Positions 1 to 8,917 of a stretch of DNA of 21,215 nt are shown here, piece after piece. The translations under genes were made by a program, and so were the position numbers. Source of the DNA: Candidatus Iainarchaeum sp. (GTDB lineage Archaea > Iainarchaeota > Iainarchaeia > Iainarchaeales > DTGL01). Position 1 is the stretch's first letter, and every line of letters begins with the position of its first letter. The notes beneath the pieces are model-generated. The model had not been told where the DNA came from, did not search any database, and worked only from the letters and a program-made list of their open reading frames with translations. The stretch lies in contig JAWALG010000018.1 in the NCBI GenBank assembly GCA_038886995.1, positions 1 to 21,215 on the forward strand. Direction: 5' to 3'.

Positions 1-1604
1 GTGCAGGTTAGCGTTACAGTGACATCTAATGTGCTCCAGTCTCCGAATGTATAGTCGCTGTTGTCGCTCTTCTTTGCAGTTGCTGTTGTTGTCGGTGCAG
101 TAGTATCTAATATAATTGAATCCTGGACAACATCGCTTTCATTATCAGTACTAGTTTTGCATTTAGCATAGACAGTTCTGTCACCATCACTGCCACTTTG
201 CAAACTCCAATCGTAACCATCAGGCATTGGATAACCAAACCAGCTACTCCAAGTGGCTCCATCATTGCTAAAGCTACATTGGTAGATGTTATCTGTACCG
301 CTCAGATAGAGCAAAACAGATAAGGTGTTGGTATAAGTGGCATCATCATTTATGTTAAAATCATCTATTATCGGCTTTCCCTTGCTTATTTTCACTTCCA
401 CTGATTTTGTCGTTTCCTTGTTCCAAACATTATCAACTGAGTAAAACCTGACATAGTAAACGCCTTCTTCGGTGATATCCAAAGGATTTTTATAAGTAAT
501 ATCAGGAATGCAAGAGTTGTTATTATCAATACAATAGTATGTTTTATAACAGCCGGTGCCTGAGCCATCTTCACAGGTAAGAGTTACTTCTACATCTAAG
601 TTGCTCCATGTTCCAAAAGTGTAAGGGCTGTTGTCACTCTTCTTTGCAGTTGCTGTTGTAACAGGCGGGTCTACATCATCAGTTATAACAATCCAATCAA
701 TGTATAAGCGGTCTTCCACTGCAGAGGGCCCACTTTCTCCTCGGTCCTTATCTTGGAAAGAAACAACAACTTGACCATCACTAGCTACTGACGTCACATT
801 GAGCGTTATACAATCATCTGCGTTGTATTTTACAATCAGGCCGTCAATGAAAATATTTTCTGTGCTTTTAAGGTTTGCTACAAATCTCAGTTTAAAGTTT
901 CCAAGTCTGTATTTGCTAAGGTCTATTTCTTTGGTGTATTTATTCCAAGAATTATTTGGACCGTAATTCCCAATCTCATCTATCAAGTCCCATTTTGAAC
1001 CATCCCAAAAGTAAAGTTTTAAGTCACCTTTCTTTATTGATTCTGGCCTGTGTAATATCCAAAACTCCAAGGTTGCTGATTCAGCTTCTGTTAAGTCAAT
1101 ATCGTCAGAAATAAGTTCTCCCGTTCTTGCAGCAACGCTTTTTAGGCCAAACTTTTTCTCTGCAAATGTTATATACCATGTTGTTGGTGACTGCCATTGG
1201 CTTAAGTCCTGCTCAAAATCATCATAAAATGCCTTTTTCTCTATAAGCTCTTGAAGTTCACCAACAGCCAAGCCATCTGCGGTCACAACAAATCGCTCTT
1301 TAGAAGAATGCCCGCAAACAGTCAAGTTGTTGGCTTTGCCTGAGTCAAGTCCTGAAATGAGATAGTTAACATCCAATATCGTCTTACCTGAAACTTTGTC
1401 CTCTTGTATAATCCTATAGATATTGTTTTTTGTGTATGTATCATTTATTGTGCCTGCATAGCTTTTACCATTTATTATAGTTTCATTCGTCGCATTAACC
1501 ATATATGTGCCTAATGCGCTTGTAGCAAGCAAAGAAAAAATCAAAACAAAAATCAGCGCATTAAAAAAAACCTTAGATAAACCACAAAATCTTTTTTGTT
1601 CCAT
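1..1604 (-). CDS. Large secreted/cell-surface protein, 5' part only (>=534 aa, runs off the left edge); signal peptide, jelly-roll/MAM-like domain, repeated Cys-containing Ig-like modules
   Basis: Absent from the ORF track because there is no stop inside the window. Manual translation from ATG 1604 is open to position 1: MEQKRFCGLSKVFFNALIFVLIFSLLATSALG...FYDDFEQDLSQW...ATLEFWI...LRFVA...IFIDGLIV...DVDPPVTTATAKKSDNSPYTFGTWSNLDVEVTLTC...DTTAPTTTATAKKSDNSDYTFGDWSTLDVTVTLTC. A GGGGGGT SD-like element lies upstream. Confidence 0.9.
   Translation of the reverse strand, partial: MEQKRFCGLSKVFFNALIFVLIFSLLATSALGTYMVNATNETIINGKSYAGTINDTYTKNNIYRIIQEDKVSGKTILDVNYLISGLDSGKANNLTVCGHSSKERFVVTADGLAVGELQELIEKKAFYDDFEQDLSQWQSPTTWYITFAEKKFGLKSVAARTGELISDDIDLTEAESATLEFWILHRPESIKKGDLKLYFWDGSKWDLIDEIGNYGPNNSWNKYTKEIDLSKYRLGNFKLRFVANLKSTENIFIDGLIVKYNADDCITLNVTSVASDGQVVVSFQDKDRGESGPSAVEDRLYIDWIVITDDVDPPVTTATAKKSDNSPYTFGTWSNLDVEVTLTCEDGSGTGCYKTYYCIDNNNSCIPDITYKNPLDITEEGVYYVRFYSVDNVWNKETTKSVEVKISKGKPIIDDFNINDDATYTNTLSVLLYLSGTDNIYQCSFSNDGATWSSWFGYPMPDGYDWSLQSGSDGDRTVYAKCKTSTDNESDVVQDSIILDTTAPTTTATAKKSDNSDYTFGDWSTLDVTVTLTC
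57..659. repeat. Intragenic direct repeat: 33-nt copies at 57-89 and 627-659 (1 mismatch), period 570 nt = 190 aa
   Basis: gctgttgtc(g/a)ctcttctttgcagttgctgttgt occurs at both sites and encodes TTATAKKSDNS on the minus strand. Confidence 0.9.
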
Positions 1605-1639
1605 TCGATTACCCCCCAATAAGCATACAAACCATAAAG

Positions 1640-1686
1640 TAACTTAGTCAAGTTAATATATTATATTTATTAGACAAGCTTTTAAA
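1640..1686 (-). promoter_or_regulatory. Putative promoter of the surface-protein gene (TATA TTTAAAA, 1686-1680) with a palindrome TAACTT-N4-AAGTTA (1640-1655) near the expected TSS
   Basis: Motifs read directly; the TSS position is inferred from archaeal TATA spacing. Confidence 0.45.
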
Positions 1687-1828
1687 CCCTGTTTTTTTAT
1701 TTTCTAACTAAAAAATGCCAAAAAAATCAATAGTTCAAACCAATGGCAACTATGGCTTATGGCACCCCCTCACTTCTTAACTAAATATATTAATTAACTA
1801 AAAAGTTTATAAAACAATAATAAGGAAC

Positions 1829-1854
1829 ATAATGCAGCACAATAATGCAGCACA
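1829..1854. repeat. Perfect 13-bp tandem duplication ATAATGCAGCACA x2
   Basis: Copies at 1829-1841 and 1842-1854. Confidence 0.9.
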
Positions 1855-1885
1855 ATTAAAATAGATGCCTTTCATTCATAAAAGC

Positions 1886-2542
1886 TTAGTGCGCCCATTT
1901 GCTAATTTTCATAAGCGCTGATAGCTCCTTTTTAATTGTGTTTAGCTTTTCATCAATTTCCTTAATCTTTCTCTCAGTTTCTTGCTTTCTGAAGTTAAGC
2001 AGCTGGTCGCTGTATCTTGCAAGCTTTTTATTTTTCCTGTAAACTGGTGATTCCTCAAATGTTAGCTTGAGCTGCTTGCGATATTCTTCATTTTCAACAA
2101 AAGTTCTGATCATTGGCTCCCAGCGCTTATCAGCAACTAAATGCGCGGGAATATTTACCTTTTTTGCGTCTTCTCTATACTCCGCATCACTCAAAAGCTT
2201 AATCAGATGCTTCCAATAAGTTTTTTTTGTGTACTTCTTAAAAAAATGGACAAGATAGTATCTTTCAGCATCCTTGTGCTTTTTTTCCCAAAATCTTTTC
2301 TGCTCTTCAAGCTCTTTCAAATTCTTTTCGCGCTCTTTTATTAGGTAGTTAATACGCGCCTTTGAAGGATAAACAAGCTGAGGCCATTCTTTGCTTGTGG
2401 TAACCCTTACTCTTATTATGCCACCGCTTTCAAAATAGGTTTTAAGTGCTTCTTCAAGTTCTTCATTCTTTGCCTTAATCTTTTGCTTGAATGCCCTAAA
2501 GTTTGAAACTGTTTGCTCGCGCATCTTTGAAATAATATTCAA
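1886..2542 (-). CDS. Hypothetical basic, coiled-coil-rich cytoplasmic protein (start may be ATG 2524)
   Basis: 218-aa ORF, K/E/R-rich helical heptads, divergent from NAC; no family recognised. Confidence 0.8.
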   Translation of the reverse strand: MNIISKMREQTVSNFRAFKQKIKAKNEELEEALKTYFESGGIIRVRVTTSKEWPQLVYPSKARINYLIKEREKNLKELEEQKRFWEKKHKDAERYYLVHFFKKYTKKTYWKHLIKLLSDAEYREDAKKVNIPAHLVADKRWEPMIRTFVENEEYRKQLKLTFEESPVYRKNKKLARYSDQLLNFRKQETERKIKEIDEKLNTIKKELSALMKISKWAH

Positions 2543-2612
2543 ACGCCTTAATAAATGTTTTTTAAAAGAGGCCTTAGTAAGCTATATAAAACATTCAATG
2601 CTTAATTTTAGC

Positions 2613-2948
2613 ATGTTAGGCATGAGCCCTTCGCAGATGAGGCGCCTGATGAAAGACATTTCAATGCAGGAGCTGAATGCTAAAAAAGTAATTATAGAAT
2701 TAGATGGGAAAAGAATAGTTATTGAAAACCCAAAGATTACGGCAATGCAAATACAAGGGCAAAAAACCTATACTGTTTTGGGCAAGGAGCGCATTGAAGA
2801 AGAAAAGCAGGTTGATTCAAGCATTGCTGAAGAAGACATTTTGCTAGTGCAACAGAAAACTGGCAAAAGCAGGGATGAAGCAGTAAAGGCACTGAAAGAG
2901 GCAAATAATGACTTAGCACTGGCAATAAAAAAGCTCCAGGAAAAGTAA
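2613..2948 (+). CDS. nac: Archaeal nascent polypeptide-associated complex protein (NAC + UBA)
   Basis: MLGMSPSQMRRLMK...AKKVIIE...IVIENPKI...GQKTYTVLG; UBA-like EEDILLVQQKTGKSRDEAVKALKEANNDLALAI. Start set at ATG 2613 by family N-terminus and TATATAAA at 2583-2590 (probably leaderless). Confidence 0.93.
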   Translation: MLGMSPSQMRRLMKDISMQELNAKKVIIELDGKRIVIENPKITAMQIQGQKTYTVLGKERIEEEKQVDSSIAEEDILLVQQKTGKSRDEAVKALKEANNDLALAIKKLQEK

Positions 2949-2976
2949 TGATTGGCTAAAAACTTTAAGATAAAAG

Positions 2977-4368
2977 CTAATCCATTGAAATGCTCTTTTC
3001 AGTTGCAAATACGCCCAGTGCTTTGCTCCTCTGCGCATAGATTGTAAGCCTAACTTCTACATAATCTCCCACTCTATGCCCAAAAGCCAACATCACTCGA
3101 ACTGGCTCATCTACTGCAATAGTTTCCTCAGTTCCTGGCTTTGAAACAGAACTTATTAGCAGAGTTCCTTCTTCAGTAAACTTTTCATTTGGGATCTCTA
3201 TGCTCTTTCTTAGGAATATTTCTTTAATAGCATCCCTTATTCTGATTCTTTCATCAGCATCCAAGTAGCCAGAAAGCAACACTTGTGTTTCAATTGAGAT
3301 TTTAGCATCTTCTGCAGAGTAGCTCAAAGATTTTGATCCAAGAAGCTCGGAGATCTTGCTTTTTGCTTCTTTGTAGCTTTCTTCCGAATCTTCAAATTCT
3401 ACGCTAACGGTTGCAATTTTTTTGTTCGCATCGTATGACATTGATGCTTTCTTAATTGATTCTGAGACAATACCCAAAACAGCAGAATTTATGTCTTGCA
3501 AAGTTCTGTTTTGGTCCTCGCTTGCAATGCCTGAAAGATCTATTTTAAACTTAAGTGGCTCATGGATTGAGATGTGCACAACGGCATCATTTATGTCTTC
3601 TATGGCTTTAATCTCATTTTCAATTTCCTCTTGGGACAGAGCCGAGTAGTTTAAAAGATGGTTTGCCACAAATGAGGCCTCAATATTTTCAATCTTTGCA
3701 TTTACATCTGCGAAGAATATGTAAGGTTGTGAAGATAAGTTAACTTGCTCAAAGGCCTGTACTGTGCCTTTTACAATAGCATCGCCCTGAATCTGCGCAT
3801 AAAAGCTTATTTTTAGTGAGTCGCCTTTCATTGTTTCTGTGCTAACTATCACAGGTATGAATGGCTCTTCTAGATTTATGTCCTTTGTTGCATTAGAATC
3901 AATCTCCTTTAATGTAACCTTTGTTGGAATCTTAACAATTGCTTGCCTGTAAGCGCTTACATTGGTGAGAGTTTTGCTGCTTTCCAGCTTTCCTATTAGG
4001 GCCTCAAGATTGGCGTCCTTTTTCAAGTTCGTATTAAAAACAAATGCTGCATTTTCCTGGCCTAAGTCAGTCCTATAGTTTGGGCTGCTGACGCTATCAA
4101 ATCCAGCAGCTCTTATTTGACCTATAAGCTCCTGCATGTTATAGTTATTAGTATAGCCAAAGATCACATATGTTGAAGTCAGTTCAGTAACTAGGCCGTT
4201 TATGTCTTCAGCATAAAAGCCCTTGGCTTGCAGCACAGGAGTGGGTGTTGGCTTTATATTGTCACCAGTATCCCTTGAGCCATTATGAAAAACTATGCTC
4301 AGGACTGAAAATACAATAATAAGACCAAGAAAAATACTAAGCAATGTTTTGCGCTTTTCTGAGTCCAT
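2977..4368 (-). CDS. Hypothetical N-terminally anchored extracellular protein with an internal two-fold repeat
   Basis: Basic N-terminus + hydrophobic helix (KRKTLLSIFLGLIIVFSVLSIVF) + PTPTP linker. A GGTG element upstream favours ATG 4368 over GTG 4377. Confidence 0.8.
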   Translation of the reverse strand: MDSEKRKTLLSIFLGLIIVFSVLSIVFHNGSRDTGDNIKPTPTPVLQAKGFYAEDINGLVTELTSTYVIFGYTNNYNMQELIGQIRAAGFDSVSSPNYRTDLGQENAAFVFNTNLKKDANLEALIGKLESSKTLTNVSAYRQAIVKIPTKVTLKEIDSNATKDINLEEPFIPVIVSTETMKGDSLKISFYAQIQGDAIVKGTVQAFEQVNLSSQPYIFFADVNAKIENIEASFVANHLLNYSALSQEEIENEIKAIEDINDAVVHISIHEPLKFKIDLSGIASEDQNRTLQDINSAVLGIVSESIKKASMSYDANKKIATVSVEFEDSEESYKEAKSKISELLGSKSLSYSAEDAKISIETQVLLSGYLDADERIRIRDAIKEIFLRKSIEIPNEKFTEEGTLLISSVSKPGTEETIAVDEPVRVMLAFGHRVGDYVEVRLTIYAQRSKALGVFATEKSISMD

Positions 4369-4519
4369 CAAAACCACACCATATTTATGATTTCTTATTA
4401 TAACTTATGACAAAAAGACAAATAAACTCTTGTTAAAAAGATATAAAAAGCAATGCTAACATAGAGATTTTATTGTTGCCTTGTTGCTTTTTGTTTCAGC
4501 AGATTTGGCAGGTGATTGT

Positions 4520-5200
4520 ATGGCTTTTAGCAAAGGTGATGTGATAAGGTTGAATTACACCATAAGGGATTCTAGCGAAGTTTTTGACACTACGCTTGAA
4601 AGCGTTGCAATTAAGGAAGGAATATTCCAGAATGGAAAGCAATATGAGCCAGCAATATTTATTGTGGGCATGCCAAACTTCTTTGAAAAGGTCGATAATG
4701 AAATAGAAGCAATGTCTGTTGGAGAAAAAAAATCAATTGCGCTAAAACCAAAAGACGCTTTCGGTGAGAGAAACCCTGATCTCATAAAAGTTGTACCAAT
4801 GACCGAATTCAAGAGAAGGAAAATAGTGCCATTTCCAGGGCTTGCTGTTGATGTAAACGGACTTCAAGGCAAAGTGCAAAGCGTAAGTGGTGGCAGAGTC
4901 AGGGTTGACTTTAACCATCCGCTAGCTGGCAAGGATCTCTACTTTGAAGCGGAGGTTGTTGAAAAGATTGAAGGTGATGAAAACAAGGCAAAAGCACTCG
5001 TTGGGAGGTACTTTGGAAAGGGAAAAGGGGTAGATGCTAAGGTTGTTGGTAAAAAGTTGGAAGTGGTTTTAAACATTGATAAGGCCAAAAACATAGCTAT
5101 GCGAAAAAATGATTTCGTCAAGGCGGCTCTAAATTGTATAAGCGTCGAAGAGATAGATATTATAGAGAGATTCAAAAGAGTGACAGAAAAGAAAAATTAA
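4520..5200 (+). CDS. slyD: Long-type archaeal FKBP peptidyl-prolyl isomerase (SlyD-like, IF domain + C-terminal domain)
   Basis: KGDVIRLNYT...VFDTT, PKDAFGERNPDLI, SGGRVRVDFNHPLAGKDLYFE; AGGTGA SD 4 nt before ATG 4520. Confidence 0.93.
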   Translation: MAFSKGDVIRLNYTIRDSSEVFDTTLESVAIKEGIFQNGKQYEPAIFIVGMPNFFEKVDNEIEAMSVGEKKSIALKPKDAFGERNPDLIKVVPMTEFKRRKIVPFPGLAVDVNGLQGKVQSVSGGRVRVDFNHPLAGKDLYFEAEVVEKIEGDENKAKALVGRYFGKGKGVDAKVVGKKLEVVLNIDKAKNIAMRKNDFVKAALNCISVEEIDIIERFKRVTEKKN

Positions 5201-5313
5201 GGCATTATCTTGAGCACCTTGGATTAGCACCTTAAGACCTTAAGAATATCTTTTTAAACATTGTGTAGAACTAAGTTCTATTACTACCCAATCTTTTTCT
5301 TTTGGTGATGCAC

Positions 5314-5961
5314 TTGGCAGAGCAATCGGATATAAAAACTGGGACAACAACAGTAGGCATAATTGCAAAAGATGCTGTTGTCCTTGCTGCTGATATGAAA
5401 GCAACCCTCGGCAATATTGGCTATGAGCTGGAAGCACAGAAGATATACCGCATAACGGATAGGATAGCAGTTACGAATGCTGGCAGCGTTGGTGACTCAT
5501 TAGTAATAATAAGATTTCTTCGTGCAAAAGCAAAGGTATATGAGACAGAAAATGGCAAGCCAATAACTGCCAAAGCAGTTGCAACATTGCTTTCAAATAT
5601 ACTCAACGCAAACAGGTATTTTCCATACATTGCGCAATTTATTATTGGTGGGGTAGAGCCAAAGCCAACTATTTTTGAGGTAACCCCTTATGGTGATATG
5701 ATAAGCAGAGATAAGTTTGCCACAAGTGGCTCTGGAACTCCTTTGGCCATGGCAATACTTGATAGCGAGTACAAGCCAGGTATGACGAAAGAGCAGGCAA
5801 TAGAGGTTGCTGTGCATGCTATCGATGCATCCAGAAAGAGGGATATATACACAGGTGGAAGGTCAATAGCAGTTATGGTAATAACAAATAAAGGAATAGA
5901 AGAACTGCCTGAAAAAGAAGTAGAGAAGTATATAAAGAAGAAACAGGAAAATAGCAAGTAA
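5314..5961 (+). CDS. psmB: 20S proteasome beta subunit with short propeptide
   Basis: KTG|TTTVG autoprocessing site, LAADMKAT, AGSVGD, SGSG, RDIYTGG. GGTGA at 5304-5308 fits a TTG start at 5314 (ATG 5308 is the alternative). Confidence 0.96.
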   Translation: MAEQSDIKTGTTTVGIIAKDAVVLAADMKATLGNIGYELEAQKIYRITDRIAVTNAGSVGDSLVIIRFLRAKAKVYETENGKPITAKAVATLLSNILNANRYFPYIAQFIIGGVEPKPTIFEVTPYGDMISRDKFATSGSGTPLAMAILDSEYKPGMTKEQAIEVAVHAIDASRKRDIYTGGRSIAVMVITNKGIEELPEKEVEKYIKKKQENSK

Positions 5962-6017
5962 TTTTTTATTCAATCAGCTTTCCATCCTTTGATGCGCTTA
6001 ACTTAATTGTGAAATAT

Positions 6018-7907
6018 ATGGGGAAAATAGACGAATTAAAAGACAGTATCAAGAACCTTGTGCCTCCAGAGGCCGGGCTGTCAAAAATTGAGCTTGAAGG
6101 CCCTGAAGTAACAATATACACAAAGAAGCCAGAGGCCTTTTTTGAAAATGAGGCACTTGTTGCTAAAATTGCATCAGAGCTAAAGAAAAGGGTAAACATA
6201 AGGGTAGACAAAACAATGCTCAAGGACCCGGCAGAAGCAAAGGACATAATACTGGAAATTATTCCTAAGGAAGCAGAAGTAAAGGACATAAAGTTTAGCG
6301 AGTATTTTGGGGAAGTGCTAATTGAGGCAATAAAACCAGGCCTTGTCATAGGCAAAGGCGGAGCAACTTCGAAGGAAATAATTATGAAAACAGGTTGGAC
6401 GCCGCACATATACAGAGCACCGACATCAAAATCGGAAACACTTAAAGGAATCAGGCACCACTTGCACAGATATCAAAAAGAAAGAAAAGCAATACTAGCA
6501 AAGATTGCTGAAAAGATATACAGCGAGCCAAGAAGCAACAACACCTGGAGCAGGGTTGTTTGCCTTGGCGGTTTTAGAGAAGTTGGCAGAAGCTGTATTC
6601 TATTTGAAAAAAATGAAACGAAGATACTGCTTGACTGCGGCATAAATGTTGGTTCAAGCAAAGAACAGTTCCCTTATTTGGATGCATTGAATTTCCCTCT
6701 TAATGAAATAGACGCTGTGGTTGTTACGCATGCTCACATGGATCATGCTGGGTTTGTGCCATATCTCTATAGAAACGGCTACGAAGGGCCTGTTTACTGT
6801 ACAGAGCCAACAAGGGACCTAATGACTTTGCTTCAGTTTGATTACATAGATGTGGTTGTCAAAGAGGGCTCGGATCCTGCGTACACTGAACAGGATGTAA
6901 AAACAATGCTAAAGCACTGCATTGTTCGCGAATACAATGAGGTTACTGATATTGCTCCAGAAATAAGGTTAACGCTACATAACGCAGCACATATACTTGG
7001 TTCTGCATCAGCACACTTGCATGTTGGCATGGGTGAGCATAACTTGCTTTATACTGGCGACATAAAATACGGATTCACAAGGTTGTTTGATGTCATGGAA
7101 ACAAAGTATCCACGGCTTGAAACTCTTATAATAGAGAGCACTTATGGTGATAAGCTAGACATACAGCCAAGCAGAGAGGCCTCAGAAAGCACGCTGATAA
7201 AGATAATAAACGAGACAATTGAAAAAGGGGGCAATGTGCTAATACCTGTATTTGCTGTTGGTCGTGGTCAGGAGATCATGCTAGTAATTGAAAATTATTA
7301 TAAGAGAGGTGAATTTAAGGGGAAGTGCTATATAGATGGCATGACTGCTGAAGCAAATGCGATATTTACAGCATATCCAGAATATATGCGCGAAAGCCTA
7401 CGCAGGCGTATTTTGCAGAATGACTCGCCCTTTACCTCAGAGATATTTGAAACTGTTAAAGACAACGAGCGTAACGACATAATAAACAATGGCGGTTCAG
7501 TTATAATTGCGAGCAGTGGAATGCTTACTGGCGGACCATCATTGGAATACCTAAAAGCGCTGGCTGAGGAACAAAAAAATACTCTAATCTTTGTTGGTTA
7601 TCAGGCAGAAGGCACGCTTGGGCGAAAGATACAAAATGGAGCTAATGTAATACCTGTGGCCAGCAAGAATGACAAGACAAAGGCATTAAAGATAAATATG
7701 AGGGTTGAAACAATAGAGGGCTTCTCAGGTCATTGCGACAGGAACCAGCTGATAGCGTACATAAAAAGCTTGAAGCCGCCTGCAAAGCAAGTAATAGTTA
7801 ACCACGGGGAGAAACAAAAGGCAGTGAATTTCGCTAATTTTATATCAACCAGGCTTGGCATAAGGGCAACCGCTTTGCAGAATCTGGACGCAAAGCGCCT
7901 TTCGTAA
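6018..7907 (+). CDS. fttA: aCPSF1 / FttA: KH-domain beta-CASP ribonuclease, transcription termination factor
   Basis: ELEGPEVTIYTK, KPGLVIGKGG (KH), LGGFREVGRS, THAHMDH, AAHILGS, ESTYG, FSGHCD, VNHGE; conserved position downstream of psmB. Confidence 0.96.
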   Translation: MGKIDELKDSIKNLVPPEAGLSKIELEGPEVTIYTKKPEAFFENEALVAKIASELKKRVNIRVDKTMLKDPAEAKDIILEIIPKEAEVKDIKFSEYFGEVLIEAIKPGLVIGKGGATSKEIIMKTGWTPHIYRAPTSKSETLKGIRHHLHRYQKERKAILAKIAEKIYSEPRSNNTWSRVVCLGGFREVGRSCILFEKNETKILLDCGINVGSSKEQFPYLDALNFPLNEIDAVVVTHAHMDHAGFVPYLYRNGYEGPVYCTEPTRDLMTLLQFDYIDVVVKEGSDPAYTEQDVKTMLKHCIVREYNEVTDIAPEIRLTLHNAAHILGSASAHLHVGMGEHNLLYTGDIKYGFTRLFDVMETKYPRLETLIIESTYGDKLDIQPSREASESTLIKIINETIEKGGNVLIPVFAVGRGQEIMLVIENYYKRGEFKGKCYIDGMTAEANAIFTAYPEYMRESLRRRILQNDSPFTSEIFETVKDNERNDIINNGGSVIIASSGMLTGGPSLEYLKALAEEQKNTLIFVGYQAEGTLGRKIQNGANVIPVASKNDKTKALKINMRVETIEGFSGHCDRNQLIAYIKSLKPPAKQVIVNHGEKQKAVNFANFISTRLGIRATALQNLDAKRLS

Positions 7908-8146
7908 TTTCTTAGTTTGAAAATTAAGAAAAACTTTTTTTCTTTAGGAAATAATATTTTCTCAAAATTTTTAATTATACATAATCAATAGTAACCAATT
8001 AACTAAAAAAGATTAAATTTTTTGAGAAATTTTTAAAAAAATGGCACTTCTACATAAGTAAAGAAGGCCTTAGAAAGCTTATTTTTTTTAAAAAAGTTAT
8101 TATGGCACATTATACATAAAAAAAATGCCTATTTTTGCTTCTTTAG

Positions 8147-8163
8147 CGAAAAGTTTTTATATA
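8147..8163 (+). promoter_or_regulatory. BRE-TATA promoter (CGAAAAG-TTTTTATATA) upstream of small ORF 8204
   Basis: Close match to archaeal BRE + TATA consensus, about 40 nt upstream of the ATG. Confidence 0.65.
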
Positions 8164-8203
8164 AGTTTGCTGTTTTTAATATAGGGTTTGGGGGGGACTT
8201 AAA

Positions 8204-8362
8204 ATGGCCTTTGAAAATATGCAATGTGGGCGTGCCAAGAAGGTATGCGACAATATAGGGAATAGCATACTGGTGCCCGATAGCCAGTTAGCCAAAAATA
8301 AGGCCAAACTAATTCTTAATGCACCTCACCAACCCAAACCCTCCCTTAATAAGAGCGAGTAG
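8204..8362 (+). CDS. Small hypothetical protein, 52 aa (MAFENMQCGRAKKVCDNIGNSILVPDSQLAKNKAKLILNAPHQPKPSLNKSE)
   Basis: Below the ORF-track cutoff; has a BRE-TATA, a G7 SD-like run 7 nt before the ATG, and a T-rich tract after the stop. Confidence 0.6.
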   Translation: MAFENMQCGRAKKVCDNIGNSILVPDSQLAKNKAKLILNAPHQPKPSLNKSE

Positions 8363-8419
8363 TGCTTTTTACTTTTTTGAAAAGCACATTTTTTTAATTG
8401 ATTTAGGCAAGCTCTTAAT

Positions 8420-8917
8420 ATGCACATTATAATTACTGGTTCCCCGGGCACTGGAAAGACAACTTTATCGAAAAAGCTTTCACGAATAATGAAGCACAGA
8501 TGCATAAATGAACTTGAGTTTGCAATTGCAAAGAAGATTGGGCATTGGGACACAAAAGAAAATGAACTTGTGGTGCCCCTCACGAAGCTTAAGAAAGAGC
8601 TACTTAAGGAGATTAAGAGTGAAAGAAACTTGATTTTGGAAGGACACCTTCTTTGCGAGGTTAAACTGCCGGTAGATGCGGTAATATTGCTAAGGGTAGA
8701 CCCTGAGATCCTAAATGAGCGCTTGGAAATGAAAAAATATTCGGTGACAAAAATAGCAGACAATGTATTTTGTGAAGGCATAGATTATTGCAAAAAGCAC
8801 CTGATGAAAAGATACCCTCCTGAAAAGATTATAGAGATAAAAAATGAATCCAACATAAAAAATACTGTGAAGGTGGCTGTTAAAGAACTAAAGAAGCGTG
8901 GTTTTTATGAGGTCTAA
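8420..8917 (+). CDS. Archaeal AK6/Fap7/hCINAP-type adenylate kinase/ATPase
   Basis: P-loop GSPGTGKTT, Walker-B-like ILEGHL, LID LNERLEMKKYSVTKIADN. Confidence 0.88.
   Translation: MHIIITGSPGTGKTTLSKKLSRIMKHRCINELEFAIAKKIGHWDTKENELVVPLTKLKKELLKEIKSERNLILEGHLLCEVKLPVDAVILLRVDPEILNERLEMKKYSVTKIADNVFCEGIDYCKKHLMKRYPPEKIIEIKNESNIKNTVKVAVKELKKRGFYEV

Noticed and set aside
392-574. 60-aa minus-strand ORF
   Set aside because: It is an alternative frame inside the long 1604->1 surface-protein gene.
2487-2612. N-terminal extension of the NAC ORF in the track
   Set aside because: It overlaps the divergent gene and the promoter; the family N-terminus begins at ATG 2613.
5213-5245. Short repeats AGCACCTT x2 and CCTTAAGA x2 upstream of psmB
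   Set aside because: Too short and irregular to distinguish from chance or slippage; not CRISPR-like.
5314-7907. psmB-aCPSF1 adjacency as a novel system
   Set aside because: This gene order is already known to be conserved in archaea.
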